DNA of 62,362 nt, the filler included, from Stramenopiles sp. TOSAG23-6 (Eukaryota): assembly GCA_900128565.1 (NCBI GenBank). It is 12 parts of 12 records of this genome, joined end to end, with 100 filler letters (N's around TTAATTAATTAA, not from the genome) between each part and the next. Parts side by side here need not be neighbours in the genome. Positions count along the whole stretch, not along the records: positions 36,552 to 41,654 come from LT636977.1; positions 41,755 to 46,848 come from LT636978.1; positions 46,949 to 52,040 come from LT636979.1; 9 more parts are not named here. One strand, written 5' to 3'. Position numbers and translations under genes: made by a program. Below are positions 36,609-49,176 of this stretch, in pieces. Position 1 is the stretch's first letter, and the number at the start of each line of letters is the position of its first letter. A model generated the notes under the pieces. The model was given only the letters and a program-made list of their open reading frames with translations. It made no database searches and had not been told where the DNA came from.

Positions 36609-39600
36609 ATCGGCATGAAAGAACATTACATCTAATTGAAACAGAAGTTGAAAAACCAATAGCTACAATTAAGAATTGCGTCAGTTGTCGTCAAAAAATC
36701 AAGAATGATAATACTCAGAGATTTGTATGTTTTCTGGATTAATTTTAAATTAATTTATTTTTTTTTTTCGTATGAACTTTTGTATGAATTTTTGTAGCTA
36801 ACAATTTTTTTTTGAAATATTTTCCCAAAATACAGGAGTGTGTTCTTAAAGATAATTCTACAATAAGTCCTAATGAGTACGAAACAATAGCAAATGATGG
36901 TATTTGCACTTTATATGATTTGCACGATTTATTAGGATCGGATGTATGTTTTATTTTTTTTTTCAACAAAAAAATCGAATTTTTATTTCGTACGAAATTT
37001 TGTACCTAACAATTTTCTTTTGAAATATTTTTCCAAAATATATGATCAAACAATTTTTAAACCTTTGTGGTTGGTTGATCCAAAATTATTTAAAATTAAG
37101 AAATGCGTCAGTTGTAGTCAAAAAATCAACAATGATAATACTCAGAGATATGTATGTTTTCTGGATTAATTTTAAATTTATTTATTTTGTTTTTTCGTAT
37201 GAACTTTTGTATGAATTTTTGTAGCTAACAATTTTTTTTTGAAATATTTTCCCAAAATACAGAAGTGTGTTCTTCAAGATAAATCTACACCAAGTTCTAA
37301 TGGGTACGAAAAAATAGAAAACCTCGACTGTAGAAACAAAAGAGAGAATGTTGAATGTAAATGCGTAAAGTCCAAAAAAAAACCAGTCAGCGAACCGGGA
37401 TGTTTTTGTGGTGGACATTTTTGTGAATCTCATAACTATTGTTATAATAATAATAAAAACGAAGCAACATGCAGCCCAACAATAGCTAGAGCTCATTTAC
37501 TATCAAAAAGAGATAAACCACGAATTGCTTTTGAAAAGGGATGCACATTGTATGACTTGTTCAACACTCATAAAATATTGAAACGAATTCCAGACTGTGC
37601 AAAGTGTATGTTTTTTTATATTTTACTGTTTTTAGTAGGAAATTTTGTACCTAACAACTTTTTTTTTCTACACGGTTTCATTAAAGTTACAAAATATAAC
37701 TTTTTATTTTATCTCTAACAAAACCAAATATAAAATTGTATGCCTAACAAAAATCAATACAAGACAAAAAAACAAAAAAAATATTTCTTCACTACACATG
37801 TAAACAATTTAAACTNAATAATGATAAATCACAANGCTATCAGTGTGAAACAATTTCGCAACCTGTGCGATTTGATTTTACCGATTGTATTCAGTCATTT
37901 ATAGATAAAGTACCGTCAAATTGTATGTATGTTTTATTTTTTTTTATACTATGAATTTCGAATTGTTTTTTATAGTACATTTTGTACCTAAACCTAAAAG
38001 ATTTTTTTTTTTTTGAAACTAAAAAAAAAATTTTGAAATATTTTTCCAAAATAAATGTGCGATACCCGTTTTTGTCGAAAAGGTAGCTATTGTTATGCCA
38101 AAGAAAAAGGAGGCAAACCGTCATGTACTCTTCAGGAACGCGAAATTACTGAAGGTTGTCCGGAAGTGAATCAATCATCATTTAATTTAAATAATTTAAC
38201 TGATGATGAGAAAGCACAAATGTATGTTTTATTTTTTTTTAACAAAAAAATCGAATTTATTTTCGTACGAAATTTCGTACCTAACAATTTTTTTAAGATT
38301 TTTTTTCGAAATATTTTTCCAAAATACATGGAAGAAAAAATTAAGGAAAAAAAGCTTTCTTTCGAGTGTTTATGTGATGAAAAGGTGTGCAAAGTGAACC
38401 AACAAAATTGTTTTCATAGAAAAGTCTTAGGGTTAGGGTCAAAAAGAGCCTGTAGTTGCCCATATTCCAAAGTTTCAAAAGTACCATCGAACTGCTTCTG
38501 TGGTAAAGAGTACTGTGAAACAGAAAATTTTTGTTATATCGACGAAGAAGGAAATAATTCACCTACATGTATGTTTTTTTTCAAAATTGTTTTTTTTTTT
38601 CAATATCAAAATTGTTTTTTTTTTCAATTTCAAAACAAAATTTTTTTTTTGAAAATTTCGTACCTAACAATTTTTTTTAGATTTTTCTTGAAATATTTTT
38701 CCAAAATACATGCACACCCATGGCTCCAACAAAACAAATATGTGAAGCATCTGAAACAAACAAGATTTTATCCGATTGTATGTGTAATAATTCATTATGT
38801 AAGACAAATTTTTATTGTTATAAAGGCGAAAATGAAATAGAAAAATGTTTTCAAATAGAAAAAGAAGCTGAAAAATTGACACAAAAAGGAGAAATTCATT
38901 ATAGTGCAAAATTTGAGAGAGCGGATGAGCTTGACAATTTGTTAGATACATTGAAAACCAACGTAACAGAAGACACGTATGTTTTTTTTTGTTTTTTGTT
39001 TTTTTTCAAATTTGATTTTTTTTTTCGTACGAAATGTTGTACCTAACATTTTTTTTTTTTTTTTGAAATATTTTTCCAAAATACATAATTTACAAACATC
39101 TACTCAGCAAAGTGTTCAATGCCAATAAAGGTAGTGTTCCCCAAGGTAGTGTTCCCCAAGAAGCATCACTCATAAACTGGTTTGCAATAAATGAAAGTGG
39201 TACGAATGTAATCAATTTGGATCAAATGAGACGAGAATTAAAATGGTTAGATCAAAATGAAAAAAACGATGTTGACAATTTTGAAGCTCTTGAGGAAGAC
39301 TATGCAATAAGTCAAATTGATCAATATTTAGTTGATCGACTTCGTTTTAAAAAAAATGCTCCAATTAAAAAAAAGTCGAAACAAGTTGCTCCAATTAAAA
39401 AAAAGTCGAAACAAGTTGCTCCAATTAAAAAAAATTCGAATCAAGTTGCTCCAATTATGTTACAATATTTAGATAATTATGATAATGAAAAAGATACTAG
39501 GATTGCGGAAACTAATAAACAATTTGAAAAAGTAAAAAATGATGTCACACAAGAACTTTTAGAGTCAGATGAAAATGTGAAACATTTAGAAAAACAATTC

Positions 39601-41550
39601 CTACAAGAATTAAAATCTGAAGAGAAAAAAGTTGAAAAAGAATTTTTATCAAAAGAAGAAGAAATTACGAATTTATGTTCTAATCTTCCCACATTAGTTG
39701 ACAAAAAGAAAAATTTCTTAGAAGATATAATTCGTTCAATGGCTCAACAATTTGAATTCATAAAGGAAATAATTTTAATTAATCAGGAAATAATTTTAAT
39801 TAATCAGAAAGAATTAAAATTGTTGGAATCAATTGAAAAAATTGAAAACGATTTACATATGAATCCTGAGGTCACAGAAAATAGTAAACGAAGTTTTGCT
39901 ATCAAACATAAAAAACATTCTGAAAAGATCAAACAATATCGTGAAAAAGAAAAAAAACTCGCTACATCACTTTTGAATTGTACCAATCTGTATGTTAGAT
40001 ATGATGATTCGAATATTGAATTGAAAGAAATTGAATTGAAAAAAAGTACTTACCCAACACCTACAAAACCTAAAAAACCTTCAGATGACGACGGCGATGG
40101 CGACGCCAAAGCAACATCTGCAAATGACGACGGCGATGGCGACGCCAAAGCAACATCTGCAAATGACGACGGCGACGACAACTCCAAACCAACATCAGAA
40201 GTGCTGAAGAAGCTGAAGACGTTGTTGCTGAAGTTGGAGCTGGACAAAAAGACGTTGTTGCTGGACAAAAAGTTGGAGCTGGACAAAAAGTTGGATTCCG
40301 TTAAACAAAACACCTCAGTTGACATAGCGACAATCAACTTGACAATCGAATTTTGTAAATCAATTTTAAAGAAATTAAATCTTGAAGATAATTTTCATAA
40401 TCATGCAAAGGCTCATATTAATCAACAACATTTTCAAGCAATGTTAAATTTAGAGGAGAAAATTGAGCAGGCAAAAAAAAATGTCAAAATTGTTCGTAAA
40501 AAAAAAGAAAATATAAAAGAAATTCCCAAACTATTTCTCAAATTCATACAAGGAAGATTCACTAATAAAGAGGATAACGATATTACTCATAATTTACAGC
40601 ATTTATACGGTTTGGCTCAAACCAATGATAGCGTTGTACGTTGTCATCATGAATTTCATTGTTTTGGTAAGAAATTTTGTACCAAACAAAAATTATTATC
40701 TGTTTTTTTGAATGTTTTTTTATTGACTACATTTTCATTATGAATTTCAAATGTATTAGTATTGTTTCAAATAAAGTATTATTTATTTGTTTTACATTAT
40801 TTTGTACCTAACAACAAAATCAAATTTTTGAAATATTTCTTCATACAACAGCGAAAAGGAGAACTAGAAAACGGTATAAACCTCTCACAGCAATTATACA
40901 AGTTGGCTCAAACCAATGATAGGGTTGTACGTTGTCATCATGAATTTCATTGTTTTGGTACGAAATTTTGTACCAAACAAAAATTATTATCTGTTTTTTT
41001 GAATGTTTTTTTATTGACTACATTTTCATTATGAATTTCAAATGTATTAGTATTGTTTCAAATAAAGTATTATTTATTTGTTTTACAATATTTTGTACCT
41101 AACAAAAAAATCAAATTTTTGAAATATTTCTTCATACAACAGCAAAAAGGAGAACTAGAAACAAGCATAAAAGGAATTCTAAACAAAAGTGAACCCCTCT
41201 TAGAGCAATTAAATAGGTTGGCGTTGGCTCAAAACAAAGATAGCGTTGTACGTTGTCATCATGAATTTCATTGTTTTTGTACGAAATTTTGTACCCAACA
41301 AAAATTATTATCTGTTTTTTTGAATGTTTTTTTATTGACTACATTTTCATCATGAATTTCAAATGTATTCGTATTATTTCAAATAAAGTATTATTTATTT
41401 GTTTTACAATATTTTGGACCTAACAAAAAAATCAAATTTTTGAAATATTTCTTCATACAACAGCGAAAATTTGAACTAATAAAAGGTATAAATCTCTTAC
41501 AAGAACACATATCGCAATTAAAAAACTTGGCTGAAAAGAAAGATAGGGTT
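36609..41550 (+). CDS. Multi-exon protein fragment: Cys-rich modules followed by coiled-coil; about 12 intron-family copies (mixed AT and AG acceptors)
   Basis: Frame is continuous across 36725-36835, 36944-37043, 37152-37262, 37927-38056, 38222-38329, 38569-38711, 38977-39086 and 40636-40851. Confidence 0.65.
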
Positions 41551-41654
41551 GTACGTTGTCATCATGAATTTCATTGTTTTGGTACGAAATTTTGTACCAA
41601 ACAAAAATTATTATCTGTTTTTTTGAATGTTTTTTTATTGACTACATTTTCATT
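40597..41654 (+). repeat. Tandem array of at least four ~290-310-bp exon+intron units
   Basis: Near-identical introns GTACGTTGTCATCATGAATTTC..CATACAACAG alternate with diverging short exons (RKGELE..LAQTNDRV). Confidence 0.92.
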
Positions 41655-41833
41655 NNNNNNNNNNNNNNNNNNNNNNNNNNNNNNNNNNNNNNNNNNNNTT
41701 AATTAATTAANNNNNNNNNNNNNNNNNNNNNNNNNNNNNNNNNNNNNNNNNNNNGAATTTTTTTTTCGTACGAAATTTTGTACCTAACAAATTTTTTTAG
41801 ATTTTTTTTTCAAATATTTTTCCAAAATACATT

Positions 41834-42279
41834 CTTTATGTCAAATGACCCTTGAACAAATTTTTAATAACTTTGCAGCCAAACAAAAAGACCAAAATAC
41901 TCTTGCAGCAGGAATGTATGTTTGTATTGTATCATGAAGTTTTTATAGAATTGTTTTTTTCATACGAAAATTTGTACCTAAGAAAAAAAGAATTTTTTTA
42001 TACTTTATTTTATTGTTGTTTTTCATTAACCATTTTGTACCTATTTTTTTTTGTTATACAATACTTTATATATTATATTTTAATAAAAAACAAAAAACAA
42101 AAAACAAAAATATTTTTTCACAATATATTATTTATGATGATACTTTGACTGAAAATATTGTAATGGATGATGCTGATGAATCTCAGAATATGATGAAACA
42201 AAATGGAAAAAAAAGAAAATCAATTTTTTCTTTCCTAAAAAATGGAGGAGAAAAAGGTACAGTTGTTGTTCCTGTGTAA
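41834..42279 (+). CDS. C-terminal exons of a hypothetical protein; GT-AT intron 41916-42128
   Basis: The join NTLAAG-I-IYDDTL keeps the frame to the stop at 42279. Confidence 0.5.
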
Positions 42280-42536
42280 AGTCTAAAATAAATATGTATA
42301 ATGTACTTTAATGTTTTGTCTTTTTTCTCTATTTTTGTTGTATCAAAAACAAAATTAAATCAAACAAGAGATTTTATATTATGCAGCAGAACAGGTTTGT
42401 TTGAGCATTCGATCACAAACCTGCTTGCTGTGCACAAAGTTAAAAAAAAATTGAAATTATCGACACTGAACTGACTTATTTTTTCTTTGACAAAGCTACA
42501 ACTACACACACACCACCGCAGACTTCAAACTCAAGC

Positions 42537-43673
42537 ATGTGCATGTCACACACTGTACTATTTTTCTTTCTGTTTTTGTGTAGCATTTTGAACCAAATTC
42601 ATGCTCCTGCTGCTGCAAAACTTAGAAAATGTACAAAACCTATATGTACTCCTCGGGACATTATCGATGATTGGTTAGACTCTGATTTTTCTAGATATTG
42701 GACCACGTGGAGACCTCTAAAGTCATTGCAGTACTATACCACGAAAGACCAAGCTAATAAAGACTTTGTGTTTCGATGTGTCTATTACAACGGAATGGAT
42801 CTTCAATATGCAAGTGAAGAGTTAAAAGATGATGTTTTTTTAGTTTTGAATGCAGTGTACTCAAATGGTATGAGTTTGCAATTCGCGAGTGAACGGCTGC
42901 GAGCTGATGCCAACGTTGTTAAATTTGCAATTGAATCGAATCCTTTTGCAATTCAATTTGCTAGTAAGTACTTGAGAAATCATCGAGAGCTTGGAGGTGC
43001 CGCAGTTAGGTATAACCCAATGGCACTACAATTTTATAGTAGAAAAGATTCAGAGACCGTAAAAAAGGCTGTTGAAGAAAATCTTCTTTCCATCCAGTTT
43101 TCAGAAAAAGCAACATATATACTTCGTACACGTGTATACCTACAATTATTGAGACCAGCGCTTCGTACTGAACATTTGTTGAAATTGTTTGGGCAGATAA
43201 AACAACGCTTAAGGAGTCGCATAGAGTACAGAGTGGATCAACTAAAAAAACTAAAAAAACTAAAAAAACTAAAAAAAATGAAAAAAATGGAAATTGGCTT
43301 CTTTTACTTTTGGACCTTTTGGACATTTTGGGATATTCTCTGGACTATTAAAAAATCAAGTCTTGAGCTACTCCGCACAAGAGACACACGCATTAGATCA
43401 CTTTCTCAAAGAAATGTGTTTCAATTAATCAATTCTTTTGTAGAAGATCCTATTGAAATTTTCCATAATATTAACAATTTATTCCAAATTTTAGGTTTGG
43501 AAGATCCTAGAAAAAAAACGGAAAAAGGAAATCTTCAATATATTAAAAAATGGTTAGGGTTAGGGTTTAGCTCAGAAAATCATTATTATGGAAAAGCTAC
43601 TACAGTACACAATCAAAATGAGATGAGAATAACTCGTGTAGGGGATATTTTTGAAGATTTTTCTACATATTAG
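42537..43673 (+). CDS. DUF4116-repeat protein with signal-like N-terminus
   Basis: Repeats NGMDLQYASEELKDD, NGMSLQFASERLRAD, NPFAIQFASKYLRN. Confidence 0.8.
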   Translation: MCMSHTVLFFFLFLCSILNQIHAPAAAKLRKCTKPICTPRDIIDDWLDSDFSRYWTTWRPLKSLQYYTTKDQANKDFVFRCVYYNGMDLQYASEELKDDVFLVLNAVYSNGMSLQFASERLRADANVVKFAIESNPFAIQFASKYLRNHRELGGAAVRYNPMALQFYSRKDSETVKKAVEENLLSIQFSEKATYILRTRVYLQLLRPALRTEHLLKLFGQIKQRLRSRIEYRVDQLKKLKKLKKLKKMKKMEIGFFYFWTFWTFWDILWTIKKSSLELLRTRDTRIRSLSQRNVFQLINSFVEDPIEIFHNINNLFQILGLEDPRKKTEKGNLQYIKKWLGLGFSSENHYYGKATTVHNQNEMRITRVGDIFEDFSTY

Positions 43674-44006
43674 GGTTATTATTTCTGCATAATAGGCGTC
43701 ACTACATAGTATATATTTGAATTTAAAAAAAAATGCATATTTTTTTTTTTGGTGTAAGAATATTTGTGAAGTACAACATTTTCTATAAAAAATAATCTTT
43801 TTTTCATGATATTTTTCTCAATGAAAAAGAATAAAAGACTCATTAGGGTTAGGATGAAAACGAATAACAAACTCATAACAGTTCTGTTCCATTGTTTTTT
43901 TATAAGAAATAATAATACTAACTTATAATGTTAAAGAGGGCTTCACCCATTTCAACCGATAGACTAATAATTCTAAAAACTGTGAGAACGAATTCGACGT
44001 ATCATT

Positions 44007-44066
44007 GGATTCCGTACCATTTTTTTGTACCTAAAAAAATAAGTACAAAAAAATAGTACGGAATCC
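44007..44066. repeat. 24-bp inverted repeat with a 12-nt spacer
   Basis: GGATTCCGTACCATTTTTTTGTAC / GTACAAAAAAATAGTACGGAATCC, one mismatch. Confidence 0.9.
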
Positions 44067-44125
44067 GAATCTCACAATGAACATTCATTACTGATATTTT
44101 CACGGGTAGCGCGCACAAAGCTGTG

Positions 44126-44626
44126 TTAGCCGCTCAGTCGCCCACTTTGGTCCTTTGAATTTCTCCGGGGCTTTATGCAGTTACACCCTATACCGGCCGA
44201 TCTCTCTCTCCAACGGTAGCTTTCATGCCAATTATCCACAACCAAGTCTGAAGGACAATTACGGTGCTCATAGGTACCCATCGTTTTATTGATACAGGTT
44301 TTACATCCGCCCCAGGGTTCACAAAGCTTTTTTAGGTAGTCCTTCCACATTTGTGATATATCTGGTTCCCATGGTTTTTGTGCTGGTGCTGGTGCTGGTG
44401 CTGGTTTTTGTGCTGGTGCTGGTGCTGGTGCTGGTGCTGGTGCTGGTGCTGGTTTCTTTTTGTTCCTGACAACCTTGTTCCCGAACATAAACTTACCCAC
44501 CTTATGCACCCACTGTGGTAATCCGCTTCTGCTTTTTTTCTCAGAACCTCCCTTCAATAAAATTGCATTCACGTGTGTGACAACAAAGATTGCAAGTAAG
44601 AGTAGAAAAACCGATTTTGAGCGCAT
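44126..44626 (-). CDS. Small secreted protein with (PA)n linker and Cys-containing C-terminus
   Basis: Signal peptide MRSKSVFLLLLAIFVVTHVNA, PAPAPA repeats and 6 Cys. Confidence 0.7.
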   Translation of the reverse strand: MRSKSVFLLLLAIFVVTHVNAILLKGGSEKKSRSGLPQWVHKVGKFMFGNKVVRNKKKPAPAPAPAPAPAPAQKPAPAPAPAQKPWEPDISQMWKDYLKKLCEPWGGCKTCINKTMGTYEHRNCPSDLVVDNWHESYRWRERSAGIGCNCIKPRRNSKDQSGRLSG

Positions 44627-45280
44627 TGTAATGGATTGCAATTGACAAAAGTGGTGCTCGTATTGTAGACTACACGACGTCCGATATTGCAAGCCAAGCA
44701 AACCGGCAAGCAAGCGCAAGCATTTTTTTAACGGTCCAAAAAAAATAACGGTAAAATTGAAGCTGATGCTGACTGGAGGCAAAAGTAGTTACCGGAACCG
44801 ACCGGAACCCGGAACCCTTTTATTTTCATCACCCACACAAAATATATTAAAAAATGGTTATCAAATAGCTCAGAAAATCATCATTATGGAAAAGCTACTA
44901 CAGTACACAATCAAAATGAGATGAGAATAATTCTTGTAGGGTGTATTTTTGAAGATTTTTCTACATATTAGGGTTATTATTTCTGCATAATAGGCGTCAC
45001 TACATAGTATATATTTGAATTTAAAAAAAAATGCATAATTTTTTTTTTGTCATACAATTTTCGATACTTCCTATGGAGAATATTTTTGAACATTTGTTTT
45101 AAAATGTCTGCTTTTATATATATTCTTATATAATATGGATAGATAATATATATTAAATTGAAATGGGAATTTGGACGACTTTGGAAGTCAAGTGATGATT
45201 AGAACATTTTATGTTTCAAAATATCACGAAATAAAGTTGATGATAAATTGTAGTTTATTTATGAGATTTCGTGTTGAAAT

Positions 45281-46848
45281 TTAATTAAATTGTGATGACG
45301 GTCTTTTTTCATTCTTATGTTCACTTATCAATAAGCCTTTACCATCAATTTTGTGTTCAATTTATTTTTTTTGTTAATTTAGTTACATTTTTTTTCAAAT
45401 TTGTTAGGTACGAAATTTTCTATAAAAAAAATCGGAAAAAAAATTCGGAAAAAAAATTCGGAAAAAAAAAAAACATACATGTTCATCTTCTGTCCAGCTT
45501 TCATCTCCACTACTAATTTCTTCTTCCTCAAGTATTTCTTTCATTTCTGTAGTCGCAGATCTTGCAGCAATCTGTGATTCTACTACGTCTAGTGCAGTAC
45601 TTTGAACATCAATAGTTAGTCTCTGTAAAACACATGGATCTAGAGCATGTATTTTGGAAAAATATTTCAAAAAAAATCGTTAGGTACAAAATTTCGTAAC
45701 TTAAATTTCTTAGGTACAAAATTTCGTACGAAAAAAAAATCGATTTTTTGTTAAAAAAAAAAATAAAACATACATCTCTATCCAAAGCTGAGATTTCATC
45801 ACGTAATACTGCAGCAGCTTCAAAGTCACTCGATCGAATGGCGTCACGGAGTTCAGAAAGTTTTTCATCAACAAGTACTGTGAAAAAATATTTTTTTTTT
45901 GATAAAATATTGGTTAGGTACAAAATTTCGTATGGAAAAAAAATGAAATGAAACAAAGAAAGACAACCGTACAATTTCACGCAGAGCTTCAATCCACTCT
46001 TGTTTTTCAACATTCTCAGATAAAACACGGCTTGCTTCCTCAAGTTCGCTATCATCTATATATATTGTACAAAAATATTTCAAAAATTTGGTTTTTTGTT
46101 AGGTACAAAATCTCTGGATTTTCAATGAAAAAACAAATAAATTTGAAATTCATAATTATTTTCAATGAAAAAACAAATAAATTCGAAATTCATAATGAAA
46201 TCGTACACCTTCTGAAAGCCTAACCATTCTTTCCCGTCGAGATCTTTTACGTTCCTCCTCGGAATCATAGGACACATCCGAATCAAAATTATTATCATTC
46301 GTTTTACTATTTTCCATATTTACATTCAAAGTTGGTGATTCATTATTTCGCACATTTTTGACATTCTTCATTTTTTGATCGTTTGTAGTATTTTCTTTAT
46401 GTTGCATGGATTCCTTAGAAGAAATAGCATCATCATTGTCATTTACACGAGTTTCACTATTCACTACCAGAGAAAGATTACTCTCGAGGTAATTTCGTGT
46501 TCCTCCATGTTCTTCACCCCAATCAATTAACCACCTTTTTTTGGCAATATTATACGAAATAACTAAACCTGAAATTCCTTTTTTAGAGCCTCGTTTTGCT
46601 ATAACAGTTTTTCCAGGAGCAATAGTTTTGTCATCAGAAGTATTAGAATGTTTTATATCTCGATAAATTGTCTTTTTTATATCTGGGGTAGCTTCATCAT
46701 TAGGGTTACAGTTATTCAATTTGGCTTCTGATTTGGCTTCTGGGGTAATGGATTTGTCACGTGTTTCATTTGAAACCATATTCATACGTAATTTCATTGA
46801 TTTTCTTGATGATGTATTAAATAATACTCCAGGTGTAGATTTTGAAGA
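45281..46848 (-). CDS. Multi-exon hypothetical protein with UVR (UvrB/C) coiled motif; introns include 45647-45773 (GT-AT) and 45873-45972 (GT-TT)
   Basis: LRDAIRSSDFEAAAVLRDEI motif; joins REI-VDEK and LDRD-ALDP are in frame. The last junction is uncertain. Confidence 0.6.
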
Positions 46849-47112
46849 NNNNNNNNNNNNNNNNNNNNNNNNNNNNNNNNNNNNNNNNNNNNTTAATTAA
46901 TTAANNNNNNNNNNNNNNNNNNNNNNNNNNNNNNNNNNNNNNNNNNNNTTGGAAAAAAAAAAAAAAAAAAAATCGTTAGGTACGGAATTTCGTACGAAAA
47001 AAAAAAAAAAAATTTGAAATGTATTTAAAAAAAAATCATTAGGTACGGAATTTCGTACGAAAAAAAAAAAAAAAAAAAAAAATTTGAAATGTATTTAAAA
47101 AAAAAGACGTAC

Positions 47113-47442
47113 ATCAATGGGTAATTCAACAAACACAGGTCCAGGTACTCCACTTTTTGCTACTTGGAAGGCCAGTTTAAGTGTGGGTACAATATCACGA
47201 ACCCGGTTCACAGTGTAGGATTTTTTGCAGACGCCTTGAAACATTGTCAATTGATCGATGTATTTTGGAAAAATATTTCAAAAAAAAATCTAAATTTTTT
47301 TGTTAGGTACAAAATTTCGTACGAAAAAAAAAATCGATTTTTTTTTTACCGGAAAAAAAAAATTAAACGTACATATCCTGGAGGGCTCCACGTCCTTTGA
47401 GAAGTGTCGCAGCCGCTCCACCGAGTAATACCAAAGGTGATT
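47113..47442 (-). CDS. ILVBL: Two exons (47442-47373, 47257-47113) of acetolactate-synthase-like protein / 2-hydroxyacyl-CoA lyase 2
   Basis: Hand translation gives [72 protein letters not shown]; not in the ORF track. Confidence 0.88.
47258..47372 (-). mobile_element. Intron-family copy, GT-AT, close to consensus
   Basis: Removal restores the TPP-enzyme motif GALQD-I-DQ; no AG at a usable position. Confidence 0.9.
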
Positions 47443-47589
47443 GTGTATTTTGGAAAAATATTTCAAAAAAAATATATAAAAAAATTTGTTAGGTACAAAA
47501 TTTTTTTACCAAAAAAAAAAAAAAATTGTTAGGTACAAAATTTCGTACGAAAAAAAAATTTAATTTTCGAAAAAAAAATTAAAACATAC

Positions 47590-49176
47590 ATGTCATCACT
47601 TAACTTAAAACTTGAAAAATCAATGTGATTTCCAGTGGTACAGAGTATTTCAAGGACTGCATCATTTGCGGGAGTGTTTAACGCTGTGCATACAGTATTG
47701 TATACCATTTTTATTGCCGCTTTGTTTGGATTTATTTTTATATCTGGTTTATCAATGTTTGAAAAAGATTCAGTTGATTTTATCGAGAGATTTGAACTTT
47801 TCTTTTTCCCTGCTAAAACTGGAAGTACTGACAATTTGTCTAGACTACTTACTCTACTATTGGATACATCATTGCTACTATTATTAGATGCATCATTTTT
47901 CGTTTTACTAGTAATATTTTTGGTTTTACTATTGGCAATGTTTTTGGTTTTACTAATATTTTTAGTTTTACTATTCGTTTTATTACTTTTGGTAATATTC
48001 ATTGATGTTGTATTACCCCCGACATGTATTTTGGAAAAATATTTCCCAAAAAAAATCGTTAGGTACAAAATTTCCTATAAAAAACAAATTCAATTTCAAA
48101 TTTAAAAAAAAAAAAAATGAAACATACATCAATCGGAACAATCCCCAAATTCGGGGGATTCTTGGCTTTTATACCTATTTCTGTACCAAACGAATTTTGT
48201 GTCGCTATTGGGTCCCTCTGCTGCTTTGAAGAAAATAATTGTAATGATTTATTTTCTCTTGTTTGTCGCTGAATTCTTCTTCTTCCTTCGTTGTTCATAT
48301 GCGTTGTATGTATTTTGGAAAAATATTTCAAAAAAAATTTTAGAAAAAATTGTTAGGTACAAAATTTCGTACGAAAAAAAATTTAGACTAAAAATTGAAA
48401 AAAAATAAAATATACATGCGTTGTATCAGGCGACATTCCAACAGTGCTCTTTTTAAAACTTTTTGTTGAATTTGCTGAAATGGTCACAGGCTTAGTAGAC
48501 ATCTTGTTTGTAGTATCCTTTTCTCGTGAATTTCGAATATTTTGAATCCCACCAATCTTTAAACTTTCTGAAGCCCAAGATTCATGTATTTTGGAAAAAT
48601 ATTTCAAAAAAAATCTAAAAAAATTTGTTACGTACAAAATTTCGTACGAAAAAAAAATCGATTTTTTTTTTTCGAAAAAAAAAAAAAAATAAAACATACA
48701 TACAATGTCGAAGGAGATGTTTGACTACTATTGAGGTTATTGAGGTGTTTTTCTACTATTTTTTCCCCTGATTTTGATTCACTATTTGTGTTTACACTAC
48801 ATTTAGACAGAGCATGTCTAAATCCATGTATTCTAGTGAGTTTTTCAATGAGTTTTGCTGTTCTATGTTTTGTGAAAATAGCTAGCAGGTGTTTTTCCAA
48901 TGGCTTTCCATCTTTTTGACAAAATAGACTATATAACTGACTAATACTAGAGACGTCGAGTAATTTATACAAGCATCTACTTTCATACAAATCTACATTG
49001 AGTACCATTCTTGCATTGATAGGCTTTATTGTTTCAATACCAAGTAATTCTGATCGAGAAGCGCGTACTAAAAAGCTTGAGTCCCAGAATTTCAGGATGG
49101 CATTTTTAAAGTCCTCATCTTTTCTTTTTTGTTTGTCTTCTGAGGAAGAAAAACCAATCCTCAAAGATTTCATCAT
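47590..49176 (-). CDS. Multi-exon hypothetical protein, 3' end missing; GT-AT introns 48024-48127, 48308-48415, 48584-48699
   Basis: Four exons join in frame. Confidence 0.65.

Larger units (their letters stand above)
43537..45048. repeat. ~210-bp direct repeat pair (43537-43750 and 44841-45048) flanking ~1.1 kb
   Basis: The copies are near-identical apart from a few substitutions and a telomere-like insertion in copy 1. Confidence 0.92.

Noticed and set aside
46055-46208. Another possible GT-AT intron
   Set aside because: An in-frame canonical GT-AG alternative exists, so it was not counted.
45404-48700. Interspersed repeats with unique spacers suggesting a CRISPR array
   Set aside because: The spacers are exons of variable length that join in frame, the context is eukaryotic, and there are no cas genes.
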